64,000 bases of DNA, taken from Malacoraja senta (lineage: Eukaryota). Under the pieces are notes generated by a model. The model saw nothing but the letters and a program-made list of their open reading frames with translations. It did no database searches and was not told where the DNA came from. The position numbers were made by a program, and so were the translations under genes. The stretch lies in contig JAXLNO010000709.1 of NCBI GenBank assembly GCA_038087875.1, forward strand, positions 496,001 to 560,000, read 5' to 3'. Position 1 is the first letter of the stretch. The number at the start of each line of letters is the position of its first letter. Of this stretch, positions 13,321 through 24,075 are shown piece after piece.

Positions 13321-14939
13321 TTCTGAGTGCTATGGGTCTTCTGATTGCAGAGTACTCCTGAATAAGCCACTGTTCTGAATGAGGAGAAATGAGCATATAT
13401 AAAGCATGTCTTACAAACTGGCAAGTCCTGGCACCTTTTCTGCCTGCTAATATATTACTATTTTGCCAGTAGAAGTGTCATAAGTAGCTGCTGATATCCT
13501 GCTGCGGCTGTGGTTGCCTGAAATGTGCACATGGAAACCACCCCCTTTAGAAGGGTGTAAGCAAAACATCAGAAGTAAACTGAGAAAATAAAGAGCAACC
13601 ATCCCAATTTAGCACCTATGTATGATGTCATTCTCAATTTAATGTTAGGAAAATATACAACATGTTTATTTATTTAATGAATGATTCATTTTGACGGGCC
13701 TGAATTCAATTTCTGTGCCAAAGGCTGCCTTGTCTGATTTGAATTATAGGTTTCTGTAGTTTTGGAGCCGGTCTAAGAAGTCAGGAAATGGAAGGTTTAA
13801 ATATAAAAGAAAATGGGAAAATCTCGGCTTTATGAGCTTCTTAAAGAACTTCGAAAAAAAAATAAAAACATAATTATCTCATAAATTATCACACGATTCA
13901 TCTGGATATTTTCATCTGAAAACACAATGCAAAAATTACTTTGCTGTCCAACATTGGTAATGTCTTAATGCAATGTGATGACAATTTGTAATTTTTCAAG
14001 TGAAAATCACCTCCAGAACCATTCTTCTTACTGGCCCAAGCTTTCAAATTACAGTGCTTGTGATAAATTTTACTTTGAACGTTTTTTTCTTTTACCATGT
14101 TACCTTCAGTAAAATATTTCTTATGTTCAGGACTTGGGTTGTTATCTTCCTGGTCTTCAAATGGTTTTGAATATTATAATTCACACCATTAAGAGATCTT
14201 GAAGACAATAGAGCTATATAATGGGCCTCTTGGTAGACTAGATCTTCAGTGAAGATTAACTATCTTCAGAAACATTAACATACAGTATGGAATCAGTTTT
14301 TAAAATATCTGGGGAGGGGGGGGGGGGGTGGTGATTGCTTTCAAATTTCGGCCATTGTTCCAATATGATTTGGGAATAATCTAGTTAATTGCATTAAAAA
14401 AAAATCCGGGATAGAAATTCATGTATGGTCACGTGCTAACATACAGTATTGAGGATATAATGCATGCAACTCCCAATACATTTAACACCAGTGAAGTCAA
14501 TGGAAGAGAAGTGCAATGGACGTGCATGGTACTCATTAACGACGAGTGAAGACATTTCTGTCCCCATATATTGTTATAGCATACTTAGAAATTACTAGAA
14601 ATGCATACAGGTCTGACTTACAATGATTTGATTTTGATCCCAGGTTATCGCAGAGTGAGCAACCATGTGTAAAAATCATGACTATATACGACTTGTCCAA
14701 AATGTATTGTTTTCATTTTAGGCAGGAAATTTATATATCTAATCCTATAATTTTGAAAAAGCCTGAGAAGGGAGGGTCATTTAATAACATTAAATGTGGC
14801 AGGATGTTCACTAGGGTACATGAGGGGTTTGTGCTGGATACCCAATTTCTTGTGTGAAATTTGAGCAATGTCATTTATCAGTTTAAATTTGTTTTATTGT
14901 CAACACTGTGTGAAATACAATATTGTGTTCAGTATTGCT

Positions 14940-15737
14940 CACCCTTTTTAATGTGTTGGAGATGGTGAGAGAAAGTTTATTTAATCTGGAATGGGCGGGT
15001 TGACACATGAAGAAAGAACAGTATTGTATTCACCAGAGTTTCAAAGAGTGAGAGAGGACTTGATTGAAACATAAGATCTTGAAGGATCTTGGCAGGATGG
15101 ATGTGAAGAGGTTATTTCCTCTTGGAGAGAATCTGGAAGAGGCATCACTGTTTAAAAATAAGGGTTATCCATTTAAAACTGAGAAGCAGCAAAAGGTTCC
15201 CTCTCAGAGGATCATGAGTCTTTTGAACTATTTTTCTCAAAGGGGTATGGAAATAAAACCTTTGCATATTTTAAAGTCTGAAGTAGATATTATCTTGATG
15301 TGCAGCACGATGGTGCAGCGGTAGAGTTGTAGCCTGAAAGCACCAGAGACCCGGCTTCGATCCAGACTACGGATGCTGTCTGTTCAGTTTGTACCTTCTC
15401 CCTGTGACCAAGTGGGTTTTCTACAGGTGCTCCAGTTTCCTCCCACATTCCAAAGACGTTCAGGCTTGTAGGTTAATTGGCTTCAGTAAAAATGGTAAAT
15501 TGCTCCTAGTGTGTGGGATAGTGCTAGTGGATGCGTAACGCTGTTCGGCACGGACTCAGTGGGCCGAAGAGCCTTTTTCCATGCTGTATCTCTAAACTAA
15601 GCTACATATTGAGATGAAAGATAAGACGAGAAGTTGGGGTTACATTCAGATCTGCAATGATTTTATGAAATGGCAGAGCTGATTAGAGAGCCCAAGTTGC
15701 TTCCTTTTGCTCCTAATTCGTATCTTTTTATTTCCTG
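14940..15737 (+). mobile_element. Diverged CR1 3' fragment containing a SINE, ending about 45 bp before the exon acceptor
   Basis: DLIE..KILKDLGRMD..RLFPL...FKTE...SQRIMSL; 3' UTR resumes after the SINE at about 15605. Confidence 0.65.
15302..15600 (+). mobile_element. HE1-like SINE
   Basis: A-box tggtgcagcgg, B-box ggcttcgatcc, tail gggccgaagagcctttttccatgctgtatctctaaactaa. Confidence 0.85.
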
Positions 15738-15782
15738 AAATTGTGGGTAAAAATGTCAACATTTTCTCTTATCTGTTCATAG

Positions 15783-18700
15783 GAAAACCTGTGAAGAAAT
15801 TTCCGCAAAGAACCTGGGGCTCAAAGGTAGTTCACGAAATTACAGCTAATCTGACCATCAAGAAGGTGGCACCACACGCTGCGTTTACTGAAGCTGAAAA
15901 GGTTGGAGAAACAACCACCACTCCGAGCCATAGTACGCACCCAAGCAGTACAGCAAGACCCAGAGATGAAGCCACGGTAAAAATATCAATGGGACAAAGT
16001 ACAACTGCTGGGGTAACCACAGCCATTGACAGTACTCCTGCTGAAAAGGAAGGAAAGCTTCAACCAAGAACAGTGTTCACATTTGCAGCCAAAACAGATA
16101 ATACAACAGAGGAGGAAAGTAAATTGAAATTACTTGTGGATGGCAGCACCATAAGAATAGAAAGCTCAGAAAAAGACACCCAGACTGGCGGACAACAGAT
16201 CATAGATCAACCTACAAGCAGCACAAGACTCACAGGTAGGGACATGGAGGAAATAACAACAGAACGTGCAATTGTGAGCACTCGGACAATGGAGGGAGAG
16301 GACCGTAAGCCGGTGTTACCATCGGAAACTATATCATCATCAACCACTGGTAAGGTGCAAATAACTGAAGAAGTGCTCATCTCTAATGTTTCAACGTCTT
16401 ATCCGGAGGCTGAGGAGCAAGAGCTGGAACGTGAAAAGGATTCAGAGAAAATAACAGCAACTGCTATTGTTACGGAATCAGCCTTAACAGAGCAGGAGAA
16501 ATTTCACACTGAAAGCACTGAGAAAATGAAAGTGAAAGAGGATGGGAAATTCCTTCCATCGCCAATAGTACCAATCCCAGGGGTATCTGAAGCTGTGTCT
16601 ACAGTGCATGTTTCTCTAACAGACTCGACCCCTATGTTACCCCATGACCATACTTATGGACTGAAGGAAAGGGTGGACGGGATGACGGCAGTATCGATGG
16701 ATTCAGTGAGCACCTCTGCACCAACCACTGATATTGATACCATCCCATCTGTAAAGGAGGAAGATGCCAAGCATATTGAAAATGTTACTTTGACAGAAAT
16801 TGGAATAGATACCAGCCCATCCATGACTGTAAATGATACTGATGATACAGTGATACCCCCTAGAAGTGTAAGTGCAATGACAATTGAGCCAGAATTCATT
16901 GAAGTCAAACCAGCAACGCCGCCGTCCACTATCGCAACAGTAAAGCCCACAATATCTGTGCCTCAAGTACACATTGTTGAATCTGAAGAAACTACTGTTT
17001 CAGAGTCACACATCAGCAAGGTGGATAAGGCAGAACCACATTCAGAAACTGACACTTTATCTTCGGAAATTGTATCAAGTGGAGATTCTGAAGCACCAGG
17101 GATTAAGGCTGTTCATACCGAGTCAACTAAATTTGTTGAAAAATCATCGGTTCATTCAGTTACCTTTGAACCTCAGCAGTTTACTTTGCAGTCCACTCTC
17201 CACCACAAACTTACCACACCAGAAAGTACTGTCGAAATCTCATCACCAGAATACGCCCACAAAAGTACCATTGTGGACGATTTTATTACCAGTCATACTG
17301 ATGTTGTTCGGGTACCAGCTCTATCGACAATGTCTGTGTCAGTAGAGGAAACCGGCGCTCCTGTTACCACAACGAAAGATTTATATCAGACCGGTGCATA
17401 CGAGGAAAGCAGACCCGGGGAGGAGATCACGACCAAAAGTCGATTGATTCAGGAATCTCAGTCTGTTCCAGATGCAGTGACAAACTTCACAGAATATACC
17501 GACGAAGGAGTTTTTGTAAGTCATGCAGGTGAGGCCAAGGAAAAGCAAGCTGAATATGTGAGTTACGTCCCAAGTCAACCGATGAAAGAGCTCAGTGAAG
17601 CGCCTACAGCTGCTGTTTCGGGTTCTGAAATGACATCTGTTGAACTGGATGGTAAAGTGGATTTAACAAGTGGGTTATCACTGAATGAATCTGTAGGTGC
17701 AACTGGATCAGTGCCATCCACAGCTACTTCAGTTTCAAGTGCTCAAACAAAAGAGGCGGAAGAAATAATCCACTTCTCTGAATTTGGTCCGAAGGTATCA
17801 TTTGAGACCCCATCGCCAGCAACTGTTGAGAGAAGAAACGCCACGTACGAAATAACTGCGACCATTGAGACTTTGGAAGCAAAACGTGAAGATCATATTA
17901 CCACAATAATAACGCCACCACAGGAAATGTCATCGACTGGTTTTATGGCTCCGAACAAAACTCACACAGCGGGACCAGTGCAAATTAGTTACGAGGGACA
18001 AAAAGCTACACCCAAAGCTACTATCCAGTATACATTTTCACCAGTGGAAAGTTCAACAGATGTAAGCCATCAGGAAACACCAGGGGTTGGTACAATTAAA
18101 AAAACTCAGCTTGAACAAACAAGTGAGGAAGTCAGTGTAATCAGCCAACACACTGAATTGGATTCAACAGCCCCATCAACAATACACACTCATAAAAAGG
18201 TTGAGAGTGAGCCAGGGAAAGCAATGTCCCCTCAACCCGGCTTAGTAGAGGAGACTTCAACTCCTGAGTTCGAAATACAAAGGACTGTCAAATTGCAGAC
18301 GGAGTCAGTTGCCGTCTCCCCATCTATGGAAGGAGAACAGAGACTGGGTTCGGGTGTAACAGAGAAAGCCACAGCCAAACATGAAAAAAATGTGACGAGC
18401 TCTCAAACGTCGGAACCTATTTACATCAAAACGCCCATCACTGCAGATGCCACCAAGGCACAGGTCATTGTAACATCGACTGAAACATTGCCAACAGTAC
18501 TAGCTCCTTCTGCCAAATTAAAACCAGGTGGCTCGGTAGCAGAACATGAAATTAAAACCACAGCGAAACCTAGGCAGTCAGTAACAAGTGCAGCTCCAAT
18601 TCTTATTGAAAACGACCCTGATGAGACTACAGCAGAAAATAATATAATTATTGATGAGTCAATCACCCTGCCTCCTTTCAGCATGGAGGTTGATTTATCT

Positions 18701-18971
18701 GACACAGTATCACAACTGGATATTGATCGTGAATATTTCACGATGCCAACACCCAGAACAAAGCTGGTGACGGCAGCACCTAAGCCTTCACTTGCACACC
18801 CTAAGGCTACTCAAAGGGCTCTGCAAGGCCCAACATCTTCAGCCGTTTCATCATCAGCTACAGATTCGCCAGTCCCAGTGGAACCTAAGGAACCGCAAAA
18901 GCCTGTGGCTATCGATGAAAAATTAATTACTAACACAACCGCACAGAAGCAACCATCAACAACAGATCTAG
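15783..18971 (+). CDS. vcan: Versican core protein, GAG-alpha (chondroitin-sulfate attachment) exon; internal coding exon of 1063 codons, phase 1-1
   Basis: 3.27-kb stop-free ORF rich in S/T/E/P with no Cys. The C-terminal APILIENDPDETT..NIIIDES...DIDREYFT aligns by eye with the human versican GAG-alpha end (PPLIDREPGEETTSDMVIIGES...DIDREYFT), and LGSG and GPKVS motifs are shared. Acceptor ttttctcttatctgttcatAG at 15781-82; donor AG|GCAAGT after 18971; length divisible by 3. Confidence 0.88.
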
Positions 18972-19469
18972 GCAAGTAATCTTTAGTCATCTTTTTTTGC
19001 AATAATTAAGGCAGTTTATCATATCTGTGTGGTTCAATTAATTAAATATTATTTGGAATTGGCAACACTCTGATTTTGCAGAATATCAACCTCTAACTTT
19101 AAGATTATTGTAGCAATTCTATTTAAAATGCTGAGAAACCCAACAATTGGAAAATAAACGTTACCAAGGTCATTGTGCAGGTACAATATTTTTTCGTACA
19201 CGGTTATGAGGTGAAATTGTTGCATTCTACACTCAGAGCGCTATGGAATTTGTCCAGTGGTTGTTAATAAATAGTTATGGTCAATTGTTCAAATAGGCAC
19301 AATGTTAATTGTAGTTGGCGATTTGGTTTCAGCGTGATGGAAGCAATTGATTTCATTAGAGTTATCATGTTTGCATGAATTTATAAACTCTAAAGGGCAC
19401 AAATACTGAATGTAGTCTTCTGGTGTTATATATATTTAAGAATTTTCCATTTTGTGGGAAAAGTTTGTG

Positions 19470-19600
19470 CTGAAGTTACATTCTTCTAAGAACTTGAGTA
19501 TATAATTTATGCTGTCACTCCAGTGTGGTTCAGAACAAAGGCTACACTGTTAGAGGCAACATCTCTCTGAATAATGTGTGACCAAGACTTGTCTGCGAAC
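19470..19600 (+). mobile_element. Ancient DeuSINE (SacSINE1-like) remnant
   Basis: acttgagtatataatttatgctgtcactccagtg...ctacactgttagaggcaacatctctctgaa...gacttgtctgc resembles the Deu-domain SINE consensus as I recall it; a related copy lies at 35740-35850. Confidence 0.45.
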
Positions 19601-19996
19601 TCAGGTAATTTAAAGAATCTATGGGACTCGGTCTGGCAACAAATAGAATGGTACAGCCAGTCACTCATCTCAGTGGTAAATGTGTGATCTTGCTGTATGC
19701 AAATAGTCTGCTTTGTTCAAACAGCAGTGCTATATTTCAAACGTCCTTTACTGGCTGTGAAAAGATGATGTACAAAAACACATTGCGAAATTCCTTAAAT
19801 TGTGATCACAGCACCCATCAGGAGAACATTTCAGCTGGAGACCACCAGTGCAGGTTCCAAGGGATAATAGGATGTTAGTGGGAGGGCTTGTAAATTGCAC
19901 TCAAGTTATTGCTAACCATTTACTCAGTATTCTCCCTTGGAAAGATGCCCATGAAGTCTGTTAAGCCTCACAGGGATTGTGGTGGGCGTGGGATCA

Positions 19997-20298
19997 GTTT
20001 AGTTTAGTTTAGAGATACAGTCTGGAAACAGGCCCTTCGACCCACTTGAGTCCACGCCGACCAGCGATCACCCCATATCACTAGTTCTATCCTAAACATT
20101 AAGGGCCAATTTACAGAAGCTGATTAACCTACAAACCTGCACATCTTTGGAATGTGGCAGGAAACCGGAGCACCTGAGGAAACCCACGAGGTCCCAGAGA
20201 GAACATATAAATTCTACACAGACAACACCCGTAGTCAGGATCGAACCCGGGTCTCTGGCGCTGTAAGGCAGCAACTCTACCGCTGCGCTATTGTGCCA
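19997..20298 (-). mobile_element. HE1-like SINE
   Basis: (gttta)n tail followed by the full reverse-complement SINE with A/B boxes. Confidence 0.88.
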
Positions 20299-20315
20299 CT
20301 GTGTGATATAAATGT

Positions 20316-20751
20316 CATAGATACATAGAAAAATAGGTGCAGGAGTAGGCCATTTGGCCCCTTGAGCTAGCACCGCCATTCAATATGATCATGGCTGGTT
20401 ATCTAAAATCAGTACCCCGTTCCTGCATTTTCCCTATATGCCTTGATTCCTTTAGCCCTAAGAGCTAAATCTAACTCTCTTGAAAGCATCCAGTGAATTG
20501 GCCCCCACTGCCTTCTGTGGCAGAGAATTCCACAACTCTCTGGGTGAAGACGTTTTTCCTCATCTCAGTCCTAAATGGCCTATCCCTTATTCTTAAACTG
20601 TGACCCCTGGTTCTGGACTCCCCCAACATTGGAAACATTTTTCCTGCATCTAGCCTGTCCAATCCTTTAAGAATTTTATATGTTTGTATAAGATCCCCTC
20701 CCATATTTCTAAATTCCAGTGAATACAAGCCCAGTCGACCCATTCTTTCAG
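20316..20751 (-). mobile_element. CR1-clade LINE 3' fragment
   Basis: RLGLYSLEFR..GDLI.TYKILKGLDRLDAGKMFPMLGESRTRGH. Confidence 0.88.
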
Positions 20752-21343
20752 CAGACTAGTTAAAGAAGCATGAGATAAAACATCTTTCATTGGAGACCTG
20801 GGCCTGGGACCCTAATGCGAACGCAACTCCTGTTGAACTTGTTCCTAACACTCTGTGTTTTAGTTTCTGACAGTATGAGTTCACCTAGGATAGGGATTCC
20901 AACACGCACAATTCTTGTCTATACATTTAGTGTCTTATATTTGGAATGAGTGCAACTATAGCACTCTCTGGTCTGAGTATGGGATTTCAGCAACGGAGGC
21001 CAGACAGAGTTTACATCCTTCATGGGATTTACAGGAGGAGACACAAGGGACTGCAGATGCTGTCATCTTGAGCAAAAACCAAATGCTGGCGAAACTGTAA
21101 CATCTGGTCTGGCCAGCTGAGCTACAGGAGAAACCTACTGGATGTGCTGAACAATGTCAGCCGAATAATCTAACCTCCTAATGGAAGTGAAATATGTTCC
21201 AGTTTAGTCAACGCCAGCACATTCATTCTGATCTGTTCCTTTCAATGGAATCTTCATATCCTGTTCCATTCCTGTGTGCAATGTTTCAGTTGTAATTGTA
21301 TGATATTGCATCTCTTTATTATAAAATACTGAGCTCCATTCAA

Positions 21344-21635
21344 GGGCAGCACGGTGGGGCAGTGGTAGAGTTGCTGCCTTACAGTGTCAGAGACTCGGGG
21401 TTGATCCTGACTACGGGCGCTGTCTGTACGGAGTTTGTACGTTCTCCCCGTGACCTGCGTGTGTTTTCTCCGGGATCTCCGGTTTTCTCCCACGCTCCAA
21501 AGACGTCCAGGTTTGTAGGTTAATTGGCCTGGTATAATTGTAAATTGTCGCTAGTATGTGTAGAATAGTGTTAGTGTGCGGGGATTGCTGGTCGGCGTGG
21601 ACTATGTAGGCTGAAGGGCCTGATTCCGCGCTGTG
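21344..21635 (+). mobile_element. HE1-like SINE
   Basis: A/B boxes, V-SINE core and tail. Confidence 0.85.
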
Positions 21636-21792
21636 CAGTCTTCATTCCACTATGAGTTTTCATTATGTATTTATTCCATATTTCTAGATATGTGATCTGA
21701 ATATGGCTAATCTGCTTTAATGACTTCAATTCCATGCATTTTATAGGGAGAAGATGAGAACATTGCAGAGACCCTTACTTTTGTTCTCTATT

Positions 21793-22528
21793 GTGTAGGA
21801 AGGAACTGCAGATTCTGGTTTACACTGAAGACAAACACAAAATGCTAGAGTAACTCAGCGGGACAGGCGGCATCTCTGGATAGAGGGATTGGGTGATGTT
21901 TCTGGTTGAGACCCTTCTTCCGACTTCAGTCGGTGAAACTGACATTCAGTCAATGGTTGAAACACCAGCCATTCCTTTCCTCCAGAGATGCTGTCTGTCC
22001 TGCTGAGTTAAGGGCGTGTCCCACGAGCATGCGACTGCATGTGGCAAGCGCGTCCAAACCGGAAGCGGGGGCCGCGCAGAGGTCGAGTGATCCCCGTACA
22101 GGGCCGGTCCCACCAGCATGCGATTGCATGCGGCGAGCGCGACCAAACCGGAAGCGGGGGCCGCGTGGAGGTCGAGTGAGTGACGTGAAGTTATAGCGAA
22201 GTCCGCGGGAAGTTGATACCCAAACAGTATGCAGTCAAGACGCTGCGTACGGCGTCGAGACGCTGTGCACGCTCGTCGAGGCGGTGCGTACAGCGTCAAG
22301 GCGGCTGCGGGCCAGCAGGCCTTGCCGCGCGGAATTTTTGAACAGTTTTTCGGAGCCCCGCACGATGTCGGGACCAGCTCCGCACAACTCCATACGGCTC
22401 CGGCGATTGAAGTGGGACCGGCCCCGCGAGGCTGTACGGCTCAAGCGACCACGTTAGGTCATGCTAGCCGCATGCAGTCGCATGCTCGTGGGACAGGCCC
22501 TTTACTCTAGCATTTTGTGTCTATCTTC
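21793..22528. mobile_element. Penelope-like inverted pseudo-LTR pair, interrupted by a MITE
   Basis: tgtaggaaggaactgcagat...gagacccttcttc arm, with the inverted arm resuming after the MITE. Confidence 0.7.
22011..22501. mobile_element. GC-rich MITE, PIF/Harbinger-like
   Basis: TIRs agggc.tgtcccacgagcatgcgactgcatg; 3-bp TSD tta (22008-10, 22502-04); removal restores the pLTR sequence gctgagttactc. Confidence 0.85.
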
Positions 22529-23432
22529 TTTGTTCTCTATTGTTCTCTTGATTCAGGAACTGTTCCCTTAGATTAGAAACTTGTGCAGATCACTCTACTG
22601 CATAAGGAAGGTGAGAAGGGAACCATGGGATAATAATTTCCTGGCACAGCTTGACATCTGGTGTCAGGAAATTGGTAGACATTAATGTCGGAACACCTGG
22701 AAATTTTCAGTTGACCAGTGAGAGAGAGCCAGCGTAGATTTGCAAAAGCTGACTTGAGCCTGTCAGACTTGATCATTACCACGTCAAACAATAGAAAATA
22801 ATGGACTGGGCAACGTTTAAGAATGTTATTTATATGGATGGACAAAAAAACGTCTTTACAGATGATTTTTAGTTAAAAATTGAAGCTCGTGGAATTACTG
22901 TGATGGAAAATCCTCTTGAGTTTAGGAGATTGAAAAAAGAAATAAGACCAGATCCTCATGAAGATTGTTTAATTCCTTAATCTACTGAGCCAGCGCATAA
23001 ACTGGATAATTATGTTGATATCTCTCCTGTTAAGACTATTTAAGAACAAACAATCTGCTTAAGATTCAAGTGGTATTAATTGTAGTTTGCTAATTGAAAA
23101 ATCACAAAATAGATGTGTGTCTCCCATTCCTGGAGTGTGTCGCTGAATAATGACTGGATGGGATGTTTCCAAAACCATCTGATTTTCCAGCAGTTGCTGC
23201 TGTATGAGGGGTTGTATCACTGTTTGGGTATTAATATTTATTCAGACTGTTAGAAGAAGTAACTGGAATGAAACTCAATAAAATTAAGGCATAGAAGAAA
23301 ATTGAGAAGAAACTTTTGGATTCTGACATAATGTTATTTTGCTTATGTGACAATGCTAGCAACTGGGGTATTGGCTTCCATATGTTATACTTATTGATTT
23401 TTGGTTTTAGAACTGAGCTAAAACTTTAATGG

Positions 23433-24075
23433 TTATGAAGAAACTGCAGATGCTGGAAAATCGAAGGTAGACAAAAATGCTGGAGAAACTCAGCGGGTGA
23501 GGCAGCATCTATGGAGCGAAGGAAATGGGCAATGTTTCAGGTCGAGACCCTTCTTCAGACTGCACCTCCTCCAACCTCATCTATTGCATCCGCTGCTCTA
23601 GGTGTTAGCTGCTGTACATCGGTGAGACCAAGCGTAGGCTTGGCGATCGCTTTGCCCAACACCTCCGCTCGGTTCGCAATAACCAACCTGATCTCCCGGT
23701 GGCTCGGCACTTCAACTCCCCCTCCCATTCCGAATCCGACCTTTCTGTCCTGGGCCTCCTCCATGGCCAGAATGAGGCCCACCATAAATTGGAGGAGCAG
23801 CACCTCATATTTTGCTTGGACAGTTTACACCTAAGCTGGTATGTTTAGGTGTAAACTGGTATGATCATTGACTTCTCCAATTTCAGGTAGTCCCTGCTTT
23901 CTCCTCCTCTTCCCAGTTCTCCCTCAGCCCACTGTCTCTGCCTCTTCCTTTCTTCGTCCTGCACCCCCCACCCTCACATCAGTCTGAAGAAGGGTCTCGA
24001 CCCGAAACGTTGCCTATTTCCTTCTCTCCATAGATGCTGCCTCACCCGCTGAGTTTCTCCAGCATTTTTGTTTAC
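23433..24075 (+). mobile_element. 5'-truncated Penelope-like element: inverted pLTR + GIY-YIG endonuclease + pLTR with hammerhead core
   Basis: From about 23561 it translates as CTSSNLIYCIRCSRC*LLYIGETKRRLGDRFAQHLRSVRNNQPDLPVARHFNSPSH...KLEEQHLIF (GIY-YIG with Cys/His residues); flanked by inverted pLTR copies; imperfect 15-bp TSD 23418-32/24076-90. Confidence 0.88.
23981..24015 (+). ncRNA. Minimal type I hammerhead ribozyme motif in Penelope pLTR
   Basis: CUGAAGA-A-[GGGUC UC GACCC]-GAAAC-GUU: conserved catalytic core, closed stem II, palindromic ACGU in place of stem III. Confidence 0.75.

Noticed and set aside
15707..15782. Apparent hydrophobic N-terminus (MLLIRIFLF...) of the 1090-aa ORF as a signal peptide of a single-exon gene
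   Set aside because: It starts at TTG inside a CR1 tail and polypyrimidine tract; a good acceptor AG at 15781-82 shows this is intron read-through
15832..19002. Several antisense ORFs overlapping the large exon
   Set aside because: Expected shadow ORFs of a codon-biased coding strand; no independent support
22573..22845. Minus-strand ORF containing DINVY, like the human GAG-alpha terminal motif
   Set aside because: Wrong strand and only a 5-residue match; chance
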